From a virus: a stretch of 64,000 nt of DNA. Location of the stretch: positions 1 through 64,000 of the IMG/VR virus record IMGVR_UViG_3300048694_001005; one strand, 5' to 3'. The position numbers and the translations under genes were made by a program. Under the pieces are notes generated by a model. That model saw nothing but the letters and a program-made list of their open reading frames with translations. It was not told where the DNA came from and did no database searches. Below are positions 9,076 through 18,432 of the stretch, piece by piece. Positions within the stretch are counted from its first letter, which is position 1. Every line of letters begins with the position of its first letter.

Positions 9076-10770
9076 TTACTGACGTTCTTTGATATATTCC
9101 AATACTTGTTTCAACATTATACTAATATCAGACGAACCCAATTCTTCTGCGCCAGCATGAAACTCAGCTACATGCATAACTGCATCCGCCACCACTTCGT
9201 GACCGTGTTGTGCTACAATGTCAGGAAAACGATGTTCCAATCTGTCAAACAAAACGTTACCCAAGTCCTGTGAACTAATACCTTCTGTCAATTCTTTTAA
9301 ACGCATATTTTTCCCTTTGTTATTACTTTCAAGCATTCCCTGTTTCTTTGACAATATTTTGTACTTGGTATTAGGATGTTTGGCCAGTACCATAGCTGCT
9401 TGACTTTCTGCTTCGGATTTGGAAGCATAATGAGCAGCTGGTTTGTCATTTAGATATAAAACATATCTTTTAGTTATGGGGTCTGTAGATTCATCATAGC
9501 CTTTAACTGGGACTCGTTTTAAATCAGTATCGGTAAATCCACCACGATTGTATGCATCAGCTAATGCGTTGGCTAATTCTTTACTACCCGTAGTACCTGT
9601 GCCGTATTCTTCTCCATTGGGAAGGATACCCATTATTTGAAAAGTTGTCTTGCCGGGTTTAACATAAAACGATTCAAATGGTACTGGATCTTTAGCCAAG
9701 TTTGGAGGCAAAGCTCTGCCAACTTCACGATCAAATACGGGAATATCTATGCCCTCAACTTTGTGGTATTGATCCCGGCCACGCTGTGCTTGTTTGGTGG
9801 CAAACTTGGTGCGGATGACATCACCTTCAGCCACATCTTTTGTTCTATGTAATATCTCTTTGCTTACCGCCAATGCCATTTTTTCTCGTTTAGGATCTCC
9901 GTTTAAGAGTTTCAACATCTGCATTAACGAATCAGTAGAGTACTTAGTATAATCTGCCATTGGTAAAATTTTATTAGGATCGTCCTGATTTTTACCATCA
10001 GATTCTGCGTATTGCTTGTCTGCTATAGCATCACCATAGGTGCCAGGAACATCATCACGATATACATTGCCCACTCTTGCGGCTTCGGCCAGTGCGGAGG
10101 TCAATACCATGGATCTACGTCTAATTTCAAAGTCTTTGCCCGGATGCTCATGCTGTATCTTTAACAGCGCACGTTCAGCATCAGCTTGGTTTGGGGCCTT
10201 TTTAATCATACGCCCATCAGCGTATATCGCGTATTCTTCCGTAGGTGGTACTCCAGCTTCTTCCGTGTTAAGCATACCAATAACTGTAGCGTTGTTGCGA
10301 CGGACCCACAAATCCAATGCGGCTTCATTGGGGAATGTTTTGCTCCAGTGTTGACGCTGATCTCTGCGATCATACACATAACCATATGCTTCTACTGGTT
10401 GTGTTGGATCAAATCGGTTTTTACTTGCGGTCTTAACTGGTTCAGGTTCTTCTTCCAGTTCTGTACCAGCCGGTGCCACTGGTACAGGTAATGAAGGTTT
10501 GGGCTTTTTAGTTTCTTGGCTGTCAACAAACTTTTTAAATTCAGATTCACTGGCCCAGGTACCATAGGGACCATACATTCTGCTGTCTGCAGAATCAAAA
10601 GGATTTTCTTTTCCTAGCAATTCCCTGCCACTGGGATCAAATACGTGATGTACTTTTTTAGTTACATCAACATCAACTAATAGTTCTGGCACATAACGCC
10701 AACCCTGATAGTCTATTGGTTCGGGTTCGCCGCCTCGCCATAAGCCTTCAAAAATGTTAAATAAATTCAT
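9076..10770 (-). CDS. Putative head-internal modular polyprotein
   Basis: N-terminus MNLFNIFE; many [LIVM]xE|[SGA] sites (LAE-A, VAE-G, MLE-S, LTE-G) between unrelated short modules. Confidence 0.55.
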   Translation of the reverse strand: MNLFNIFEGLWRGGEPEPIDYQGWRYVPELLVDVDVTKKVHHVFDPSGRELLGKENPFDSADSRMYGPYGTWASESEFKKFVDSQETKKPKPSLPVPVAPAGTELEEEPEPVKTASKNRFDPTQPVEAYGYVYDRRDQRQHWSKTFPNEAALDLWVRRNNATVIGMLNTEEAGVPPTEEYAIYADGRMIKKAPNQADAERALLKIQHEHPGKDFEIRRRSMVLTSALAEAARVGNVYRDDVPGTYGDAIADKQYAESDGKNQDDPNKILPMADYTKYSTDSLMQMLKLLNGDPKREKMALAVSKEILHRTKDVAEGDVIRTKFATKQAQRGRDQYHKVEGIDIPVFDREVGRALPPNLAKDPVPFESFYVKPGKTTFQIMGILPNGEEYGTGTTGSKELANALADAYNRGGFTDTDLKRVPVKGYDESTDPITKRYVLYLNDKPAAHYASKSEAESQAAMVLAKHPNTKYKILSKKQGMLESNNKGKNMRLKELTEGISSQDLGNVLFDRLEHRFPDIVAQHGHEVVADAVMHVAEFHAGAEELGSSDISIMLKQVLEYIKERQ

Positions 10771-11315
10771 TTGGGTTGTTGTCTTTGTTGTGTAGTGATT
10801 ATTGTTTTTAGTTGCTGACCTAACTTTGGATCTTTTGCCAAATCGCCCATTACCTGAGCAGCTTTTCTTAATGTAGGTTGATCTCCCTTGGCTAACTTCA
10901 TGGGATCTATACCTGTAGTTGGTGTAAGTGTAGTTTTTGCTGCTGCCAAAGACTTTGCTGCTGCTGCTTTTTCCTGTGGACTTTGGGGTGCATTAGGTTG
11001 TGCGGGTTGTCCTGTTGCTGTGGCTGTGGCTGTGGCTGGGGCAACGGGTGCTTCGTCGATTTCTTCGCCCTGTGCGGAATTCATAAAACGCTCAAACTCG
11101 TCTAGATATTGACCTTCCAAGTCATCATGTTTAACACTTTCGCTACTGCCGCCAACTAAACGACCCTGAAATGGATGTTTCTTGTAAGGTGTGCCAGGTT
11201 CATAACCGGTCTTCTTAGCTTTTTCTGTTCCTCTTACTTGATCACCTGGCTTTTGTTTGGGCTCGCCTGCAAAGTCATAAGTTTCTGCCAGAAACTTTTT
11301 TATCGACCAGTTCAT
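10767..11315 (-). CDS. Hypothetical protein, probably head-internal
   Basis: ORF track; overlapping operon arrangement; LAE|T and IDE|A sites; Ala/Pro/Gln-rich. Confidence 0.55.
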   Translation of the reverse strand: MNWSIKKFLAETYDFAGEPKQKPGDQVRGTEKAKKTGYEPGTPYKKHPFQGRLVGGSSESVKHDDLEGQYLDEFERFMNSAQGEEIDEAPVAPATATATATGQPAQPNAPQSPQEKAAAAKSLAAAKTTLTPTTGIDPMKLAKGDQPTLRKAAQVMGDLAKDPKLGQQLKTIITTQQRQQPK

Positions 11316-12508
11316 TTTTTACCTTTCATGGGTCGTTTCACCGACTCACGTTTAATAGTACCAGGACCACCGTTTTTAAACCCATTGCCTGCCATACTGG
11401 TTGCGACGCTGGCGCTGCCTGTTGCTCCTGCCGACATTTCGGACAATTCTTCATCGTCATCCCAACCTTTAGCTTTGCCAGGAAAATAACGATGTACCGC
11501 TTTATCATGACTTGGTACTAGTTTCAAGCGACTGGGAGAAATATACCAACCACGTCCATCTTTGTCTTCGATTCGAACACGACGATCATAGGGATCACCA
11601 TTCATACGAAAGACTTCACCACCGTCGCCGTCCATTTCGTCACGCACAAAACAACCGTCGTAAAGTTCAGTATCGTCGTATTCACCTTCCGCCACACTTT
11701 GCTTTCGATCCAACATCACTGGCACAATTTTAATTTTATCACCGCTGCTAGGGTTGTATAGACCACGGTCAAAGGCATTGACGACCCCAACACGATCGGC
11801 TGTTTCTTGGTCAAAATTTCCTCTGAAACGCAAAACTTTTTTTCTATTGACTAAAATTTGCCATGTACCACTAAATCTACCAGGTTGTCGTTCTGATTCC
11901 GCCACACCTTGCTCACTAACCTTCTTTTTGTACAACGGATTGGTACTGCCTTGGTTTTTCATTTTTTTAACATCTCGGTCAAAAGGTTTATCTAAATCTT
12001 TCCAAGTGGTTTTGGAGCCTTCCGCCACACCTTTTACATGCCAAGTTTTACCGCATTGATGGCATTCTTTCTCACCATCACTGTAGGTTTTGATATCGGT
12101 ACTGTAACAGCCCGGGCAATGTGTACTAGTAGTAGGTTTGGCACCTGTACCTGACTTTGTCTTGGGTTCTGGTTCGTTCTTTTGATCTTCGGCCATACCT
12201 TGCGAGGATTCGGACAATCCCAGTGTTTCATCTACAGTGATGTCACCAGTGCTGTGCTGTTCATATTCCAAATAGCTGCGAACGCTACAAAGATAATCAG
12301 ATGCTTTGGTAATTTTAGCCTGCACCCAGCCCTCGATATTTGCATCTTCGGGCAGATGTTTTAACATATCATGTAATGCCATAGCTGCTTTGGCTGCTTT
12401 GTACAGCTCGCTGCGCGCCATTTGCACCTCATGATCTATATGCATAGCCTTGGCTTGATCGCCAATAATCTCTAACTGCTCTTCGTCGTGAAATTCTACA
12501 AGTTTCAT
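11312..12508 (-). CDS. Putative head-internal polyprotein with repeat-delimited cassettes
   Basis: MKLVEF N-terminus; MAE-D, VAE-G, VAE-S, VAE-G, LSE-M sites; late box at 12536-12542. Confidence 0.6.
   Translation of the reverse strand: MKLVEFHDEEQLEIIGDQAKAMHIDHEVQMARSELYKAAKAAMALHDMLKHLPEDANIEGWVQAKITKASDYLCSVRSYLEYEQHSTGDITVDETLGLSESSQGMAEDQKNEPEPKTKSGTGAKPTTSTHCPGCYSTDIKTYSDGEKECHQCGKTWHVKGVAEGSKTTWKDLDKPFDRDVKKMKNQGSTNPLYKKKVSEQGVAESERQPGRFSGTWQILVNRKKVLRFRGNFDQETADRVGVVNAFDRGLYNPSSGDKIKIVPVMLDRKQSVAEGEYDDTELYDGCFVRDEMDGDGGEVFRMNGDPYDRRVRIEDKDGRGWYISPSRLKLVPSHDKAVHRYFPGKAKGWDDDEELSEMSAGATGSASVATSMAGNGFKNGGPGTIKRESVKRPMKGKK
11687..12030 (-). repeat. Three identical in-frame 11-bp direct repeats GTGTGGCGGAA
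   Basis: Plus-strand TTCCGCCACAC at 11687-11697, 11897-11907, 12020-12030; degenerate copies near 12188-12202 and 9826-9836. Confidence 0.85.
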
Positions 12509-12538
12509 AAGATTTACCTTTAAATTCTATTAATGTAT

Positions 12539-12811
12539 TTATTTTTTGAACGTACCATCTGTGCCTAGGTTTATGGACTCTCCATTTAATACCGCGTTTT
12601 TTAAACTAAAACTAGTTGTATAGGGCCCTGCTACAAAAATTTTATGCTCACCTTCCGTTAGCCTCACCACACAACGTTCTCTAATAAATTGTGAGTTAAT
12701 ATCATAGGAAAAATCACGTTCCGTTAATAAATCCTGATCTAAATATAACCTATAATAGGGCACAGGCTCTACATTATTGCAATAAACATCTACGGTTAGC
12801 ACATCTTCCAT
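12539..12811 (-). CDS. Hypothetical protein
   Basis: ORF track; 1-nt overlap with the upstream stop. Confidence 0.6.
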   Translation of the reverse strand: MEDVLTVDVYCNNVEPVPYYRLYLDQDLLTERDFSYDINSQFIRERCVVRLTEGEHKIFVAGPYTTSFSLKNAVLNGESINLGTDGTFKK

Positions 12812-15800
12812 TAGGGAACCTTTTTGGGTTCAGCTGGGATTACAGGTGCTGGTAATGGCTGCTTTGATTTTTTCCTTTGTTCGAGATCTCGTAATCTAGC
12901 AAGTAATTTTTCACTAGCCGGGCGTACTCTCTTACGGTTAGTTTCACTTAATCTGAAAGGTTCCTTGACTGAGGTCTTTATTTTCCAATCACTAAATTTC
13001 AACATCAATAATGTTTTGAAATGTTCTAGGTCAGCCAAGGATTTAAACAAAAATCCCCAAAAAATCATTTCTGAATTTGCGATTTCTTCGCCAGGAAAAC
13101 TAGTTATTGAACCATCCTCACGTTTCAAATATATTAGATTATTGCGTTTTTCCAAAAACTCTGCAGGTTTATTTAGATATTTGAACACCAACAATTTTCC
13201 CATAACCACAGCAGTTACACTAGCAGCAAAATAATATTCTCCAACGGTAGGAGTTTCGGATTTGTAATTTGAGAAAAAATCTCTAACTGTAGATAATTCT
13301 TCTGGACTTTCTTTAAGATGATTAGACTTAATTTGAAGTTTTTCAACTTCCAACATCGTTTCCAATACCACATCATCATAAACTATACCATCTACTATAG
13401 TTACGTGTTCAGGAAGATCATTACTAATTAACTTTGAAGTATTGGCGTAATTTTTGGAAATGGGACGAACGTAGTCACGATCACCAGTAATTGGGCTCAT
13501 GCTGTCGCCTTCAATCTCATTGATTTTGTCATCAATTTTTGCCAAGTTCATGTTCTTTCTAGCAACATCCATAAGATGCTTAATCCAGGGCTCACCCAAT
13601 TTTTCTACGTTGTAGGCCTGAGACCAAATGCCCAATTTTTGCTTTGCTGTAAGGTTAGGATTAGCTAATGCTTGGCGCAGTTGTGTAGTGCTTACACCTG
13701 TGCCGCCCTGCTCTGCAGATCGCGGTGTTATGTATGCAGACACTTTGACGTGGCTCAATGGCGCAAAACGACCAAATCTATCCTGCATTGACTTAGCTAC
13801 TTTAGCAACTCCAGTTTGATCAGCACCAACCGTTATAATTATATTGTTGTAGTGTGGCTGCTTTTTGACTAATTCATATTCTATCTTTTTAAAGATATTG
13901 CCCACAGTTTCGGCGCCGGTTGCTGGATCTATTTGATTTTGTACCTCACTAATAGTTACGCCAGGATACAATTTACGCAAAGTTTCTAATTTGGTATGAA
14001 TATCAATAGGATCTTCTTTACCCACTTTGTGTCCAACAAAAACAAACGGTGTACCTTTTACTGCTTTGGCTTTTTCAATGGCATAATTAATTAACTGCTC
14101 ATGGCCTCTATGCCCAGCAAAATTACCAATAGCTACTACCGCGGTACGTGGTGTATGTCGTACTGCTGGTGTTACAACTTGTCGCTGCACCGGCGCGGCC
14201 GCAGCTTTCTTGGCCGCCATTTTGTGTTGCATTAATGTGCTAGTAACTTTAGCTAGCAAACCGCTGGGCATATTAATTACTAAACCTTCAATATTTTTAC
14301 CCAGTTGATCCTTGCCTTTAATCTTGGGGTTTTTAATAATTGCATCAGATAGTGATTTACGTAATTTGTTTAAAATTTCCCTAGCTTTTTGCTTCTCTGG
14401 TGTCATGCCACCACGTCGCAATAATGCATCTTTTACGGCTGGTTCCATATTAACCACAGGTGCTATTATTTTCTTCACATCTATTGCAGCATGTTTCAGT
14501 TCATTGTCTACAAATTTAATTGACTTGTCACCTTGCGACAATAATTTATGCTTAATCTTATCAGCATCAGGCAATGATTCACCTGTACTATACTTCTTAA
14601 ACATAAAGGGCACAAGTGTCATTTCTTTACCCAATTTCTTGGGATCATAACTGATATTGACAAACTTGTAACCATCTTTGGTTTTCTCGGCCATGTCATT
14701 AAACAACATCTCCGCTTGCACAATGCAGTCTTTGGGTAGTGTTTTAATAAACTTGCTGTTTACAATTAGAGATAATGCTTTGTCATAATTTTTGGTGCGA
14801 TCTAATTGTTCTTGGCTCTGCCCTTGTTCTCTGCCATATTTTTCAAAACTGCCAATATCTTTAGCGTATAGCGGGGAGGTCACACGGCTAGTCATCATAA
14901 AAGGTTCACCCTTTTGATCACGACCAAAACGAATTCCAGCACCATCAACCTTAAGATTAATTGGAATACCCGTTAATGTGCCTTTGTTGGCAGTAATTTC
15001 ATCGCACATCATAATGAAGTCACTGTCACGCATCTCGGTTGAACTTCCTGGATTATAGATATGTTTGATGCCCTGACGCTTGTAATTGGGTTTGGCGGTT
15101 TCTGCTTCTTTAAGCCCTTCTGTTACTTTCATTCTGTAATTAGCTTTGTAATCTGCTACCATCTTTTGGAAGTTTTTAGGTGCTTTTATTTTCAATGCTT
15201 TTAGCATAGCATCTACCGCGATCATTTTTTCCCGTGCATCAGTTTCTGGATCGTTTACGTATAGACCCTGTGCAGCTGGGCCAAAAGTTTTATCTATGAA
15301 GGAATCTGCTACTTTTTGTTTTTCTTCTGGTGATAGATATTGATTAATTACTGATAAAACCCCCAAGAAAGACCAAAATTTAGGTGCCACCGAGGCCAAC
15401 TGTTTATTACTAAGGCGCTCACCAAACAAAGTTGCAAATATTTTAGATAAATCCTGCTCATACCCAGTAGTGGGCCTAGCAGTGTACACCTTCATACCAT
15501 CTTTAACCAAAGGTTTTTTAGTTGTTGTATCAATAACTGGCTCGTATTTTATACGTAACCCGCCACCCTCTTTACTTTGTACCGAAAAACTAATCATGTT
15601 GTCAGTCATTGGAACATCTTGCTCTGCGCGAGCTTTGCCACGACCAACCAATTTACGCAATAGGAAATCCTGTTCGGTTAATGAAGCCAAACTTTGCAAA
15701 ATAAACTTATGGAATACGCCCTTGATACCAGCTTGTAGATCTTCCCACGCAGAGCTGGCACTGAATCTGCTCCATTCAGTTGGCGTACCTGCTTGGAATG

Positions 15801-16320
15801 CTTTTAGCTCTAGGTCAATTTGAACATTGGTGGGTACTTGTTTACCGCTGTCTGTTTGTAATGCAATGCCAGGAAAGCGCCACAATGTAATGTATTGTTC
15901 TGCCGATAATTTGAAGCCTATAAATTGTGATGGGCCAAATTTAGTTCCAGGGCGCAACTTACTTAGCCACGCACCTACTGCTTCTTTTTGCTCACGATCA
16001 ACTTGGGTGTCAATATCTCCTACAGTTTTTTTAACTTTAGCAAAATCCAAATCATTAATTTGTGCTCTGTTAAAGAAATGAAAGGAGGACCCGCTTAAAA
16101 AGAGGCCGCTTGCAAGTGTTTTGGGATTCCATAATGGTGTGCCTTTGTTGAACTTTTGAAAGCTGCTGTTTATTGCAGCTAATGCAGCTTGTATAATTGG
16201 TACAACTTCTGCACGTTTCGTAGCATCAATTCTGTTGGCTTCGGCGTCACCTATTACTACATTGCCGCCCTCTGATAATATAGTTAAATTATTGTTAGCT
16301 GTTACTAAAATGATCTTCAT
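12811..16320 (-). CDS. Multidomain protein: pol-beta-like NTase, ligase-type KxDG domain and HIGH-motif (cytidyltransferase-like) NTase
   Basis: SGSS...GDID; NLKVDGAGIRFG; NFAGHRGHEQL and GVSTTQLR; late box at 16357-16363. Confidence 0.6.
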   Translation of the reverse strand: MKIILVTANNNLTILSEGGNVVIGDAEANRIDATKRAEVVPIIQAALAAINSSFQKFNKGTPLWNPKTLASGLFLSGSSFHFFNRAQINDLDFAKVKKTVGDIDTQVDREQKEAVGAWLSKLRPGTKFGPSQFIGFKLSAEQYITLWRFPGIALQTDSGKQVPTNVQIDLELKAFQAGTPTEWSRFSASSAWEDLQAGIKGVFHKFILQSLASLTEQDFLLRKLVGRGKARAEQDVPMTDNMISFSVQSKEGGGLRIKYEPVIDTTTKKPLVKDGMKVYTARPTTGYEQDLSKIFATLFGERLSNKQLASVAPKFWSFLGVLSVINQYLSPEEKQKVADSFIDKTFGPAAQGLYVNDPETDAREKMIAVDAMLKALKIKAPKNFQKMVADYKANYRMKVTEGLKEAETAKPNYKRQGIKHIYNPGSSTEMRDSDFIMMCDEITANKGTLTGIPINLKVDGAGIRFGRDQKGEPFMMTSRVTSPLYAKDIGSFEKYGREQGQSQEQLDRTKNYDKALSLIVNSKFIKTLPKDCIVQAEMLFNDMAEKTKDGYKFVNISYDPKKLGKEMTLVPFMFKKYSTGESLPDADKIKHKLLSQGDKSIKFVDNELKHAAIDVKKIIAPVVNMEPAVKDALLRRGGMTPEKQKAREILNKLRKSLSDAIIKNPKIKGKDQLGKNIEGLVINMPSGLLAKVTSTLMQHKMAAKKAAAAPVQRQVVTPAVRHTPRTAVVAIGNFAGHRGHEQLINYAIEKAKAVKGTPFVFVGHKVGKEDPIDIHTKLETLRKLYPGVTISEVQNQIDPATGAETVGNIFKKIEYELVKKQPHYNNIIITVGADQTGVAKVAKSMQDRFGRFAPLSHVKVSAYITPRSAEQGGTGVSTTQLRQALANPNLTAKQKLGIWSQAYNVEKLGEPWIKHLMDVARKNMNLAKIDDKINEIEGDSMSPITGDRDYVRPISKNYANTSKLISNDLPEHVTIVDGIVYDDVVLETMLEVEKLQIKSNHLKESPEELSTVRDFFSNYKSETPTVGEYYFAASVTAVVMGKLLVFKYLNKPAEFLEKRNNLIYLKREDGSITSFPGEEIANSEMIFWGFLFKSLADLEHFKTLLMLKFSDWKIKTSVKEPFRLSETNRKRVRPASEKLLARLRDLEQRKKSKQPLPAPVIPAEPKKVP

Positions 16321-16364
16321 AATCTGTCCAAATAGCGGGCCTGGTACCCTATTAACTATTTAGC

Positions 16365-16817
16365 TCAGAGGTTTTCTAGCAGCCAAAGGTAAAATGGACT
16401 GGTAAATTTCAGGCTGATCGTGCCGTTCCAACTCATGTATAAGTGCCCCGGCAAGTTAGTAACCGTGTTTCCCTGAAATTCTACAGGTTCAGTGAGGTCA
16501 TATTGTGTTTTAGATATTATCATACCCAAATCAATATCATCAATAGTTATTGATTTGACCTGCAGATAAAGATCTTCCGTTATTTTACCGTTTTGGTCCA
16601 CTAGAGTATTACGTTTATGATCCTTGTTGGTCAACTGTATTTGTAATACATGTTCCCCGTCAGTTAACTCGGTTGCGAATTCAACCGTATTTGTTTCAGT
16701 GCAAAAGCCTTCAACAAAAACCGTATTATCTAGTCCCACCTTGAAATAGGGCGATTTGTTCATGCTATGCAAAACGCCTGGCTCTAGTTGTATTTTAAAG
16801 TTAAGACTTTCCGCCAT
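16365..16817 (-). CDS. Hypothetical protein
   Basis: ORF track. Confidence 0.6.
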   Translation of the reverse strand: MAESLNFKIQLEPGVLHSMNKSPYFKVGLDNTVFVEGFCTETNTVEFATELTDGEHVLQIQLTNKDHKRNTLVDQNGKITEDLYLQVKSITIDDIDLGMIISKTQYDLTEPVEFQGNTVTNLPGHLYMSWNGTISLKFTSPFYLWLLENL

Positions 16818-17520
16818 TTGCCATTTTCTCCTGCTGCTCTTTTAGGTTCTTTAACGCATCCTCGCCCTTATAAGTATAGGTTCCCTGATGATCAAGAATT
16901 ATGCTTTTGTCTACCCATACTTTATTTCCCATTTCGCGCCAACGATAGCAAAATGTCCAGTCTTCACTTAGGTAATTTTTATTTGGGTCTATCATGCAAT
17001 CAAACAATGCATACATATAGGGCTCGTATTGCTTACCAACACCAATATTGTCATTGTACTTGGTCATGGGATAAGCTGCTATCATGGACTCTATGCATTC
17101 ACGTTTGATTAACATAAATCCAGTACCAGCCGTAGCAACTTCTTCTAGGTCGCCTTCCTGTTCACCACCATGTAGTGCATTAATTACAAATCTTGGCGGC
17201 ATAGATTTCATGGGATACAGCCCAGCAATAACATCCTTGTTAGCATTCAACATTTTAAAGATATATTCCGGATGCCAGCGTATATCTGCATCTATAAACA
17301 TCAAATGTGTTGCTGTACTATTGTGTAAAAACTTGGCGACTAGGTTATTTCTACCACGCGGAATTAAACTTTCGTTGACCATAGTGTCAACCGTCCACTC
17401 TATGCCCGCAGTACGCGACATTAGACTAAAACGCAACATGCTCATGAAACAACTTTCATAAAGCAGGCCGCCGTAAGCTGGTAAAGCAAAATAAAGATGC
17501 GGTTTTCTAATAGTTGGCAT
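16801..17520 (-). CDS. GT-A fold glycosyltransferase-like protein
   Basis: ESLIPRGRN, FIDADI (DxD), YLSEDWTFC, ILDHQG motifs. Confidence 0.75.
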   Translation of the reverse strand: MPTIRKPHLYFALPAYGGLLYESCFMSMLRFSLMSRTAGIEWTVDTMVNESLIPRGRNNLVAKFLHNSTATHLMFIDADIRWHPEYIFKMLNANKDVIAGLYPMKSMPPRFVINALHGGEQEGDLEEVATAGTGFMLIKRECIESMIAAYPMTKYNDNIGVGKQYEPYMYALFDCMIDPNKNYLSEDWTFCYRWREMGNKVWVDKSIILDHQGTYTYKGEDALKNLKEQQEKMANGGKS

Positions 17521-17521
17521 C

Positions 17522-17677
17522 TTAACCTTCTACTATAACATCTTTGCCCACTAATTCCTGTACGATTTGCTCAACTTGCTCGATCAAATCTGGTGTTAAA
17601 ATGGACTCTTCACTGTCGCTGTCACGAACCAGTTTGCTAAGTTTTAAAGTTAGTGTTTCTTGCTGAATTTTGGCCAT
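17522..17677 (-). CDS. Small hypothetical protein (51 aa, MAKIQQETLTLKLSKLVRD...)
   Basis: Read manually; AGGAGG SD and CATAAATA late box upstream; below the ORF-track cutoff. Confidence 0.75.
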   Translation of the reverse strand: MAKIQQETLTLKLSKLVRDSDSEESILTPDLIEQVEQIVQELVGKDVIVEG

Positions 17678-17694
17678 AAATACCTCCTGGGTAT

Positions 17695-18432
17695 TTATGA
17701 CACCAGGCGCACTTCGTGAATTTTCATGCGTACACGATTCAATACCAAATGTATAAATTCGGCGTGACCAATATCGTGAACATAGAAGCGCATGGAAGCC
17801 AAATAATGTCTTCCTGTGAGGTCTGGACTCAGTCTACTTTTTAAGTATGCGGTGTATTTGGCATCAATGTTATCCAAATACTGCCGCAACCTATGCAGCT
17901 CTTCGCTGGAATAACCACCAGGACTACATTCAACCAAATACTTATGAGCTATAGGACGTTTAATTACTACGTAACCCTCGCTAGTTAGCTTTTGTACTTC
18001 ATCGTTTCTTGGGTAGACCACCGACGACACATATGATTTTAGGTCCTGTGGTATACAACTGACCAAACGCTCAAGTTGAGGTTCATTTTCCAAATAGATA
18101 TCCAAGTGTGGACTTTCCGCTCGTAATCGGACTCTTTCCGAAAAGTTCCACAACCAGTCTATAACATTGAATCTGAGTTCTAGTGATTCCTGTGTGTGTT
18201 CATTTCTGTAGTTGTATCGCCAGTTAGCAGTAACATTGCTTCTTAGCTCATAGCGTTTTTTGCTGTAAGCTTTGGCGTCATATATGTCTAGTTTCTTACC
18301 GTAACAATGCGTTATATCCCAGGCTAAGGGGCATTTTAATGTCAACTTGTAATGAAACTTTTTGTAAAATACCTTGCTTGATGGTATTAGCTTACAAGCT
18401 TCAAACTGTTTCAGGCACGGAATGTTCTTCAT
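17695..18432 (-). CDS. Hypothetical protein
   Basis: ORF track; overlaps the clpA stop. Confidence 0.6.
   Translation of the reverse strand: MKNIPCLKQFEACKLIPSSKVFYKKFHYKLTLKCPLAWDITHCYGKKLDIYDAKAYSKKRYELRSNVTANWRYNYRNEHTQESLELRFNVIDWLWNFSERVRLRAESPHLDIYLENEPQLERLVSCIPQDLKSYVSSVVYPRNDEVQKLTSEGYVVIKRPIAHKYLVECSPGGYSSEELHRLRQYLDNIDAKYTAYLKSRLSPDLTGRHYLASMRFYVHDIGHAEFIHLVLNRVRMKIHEVRLVS

Noticed and set aside
11687-12030. CRISPR array interpretation of the 11-bp repeats
   Set aside because: Repeats are too short and non-palindromic, spacers are 112-199 nt and in-frame coding, and no cas genes are present.
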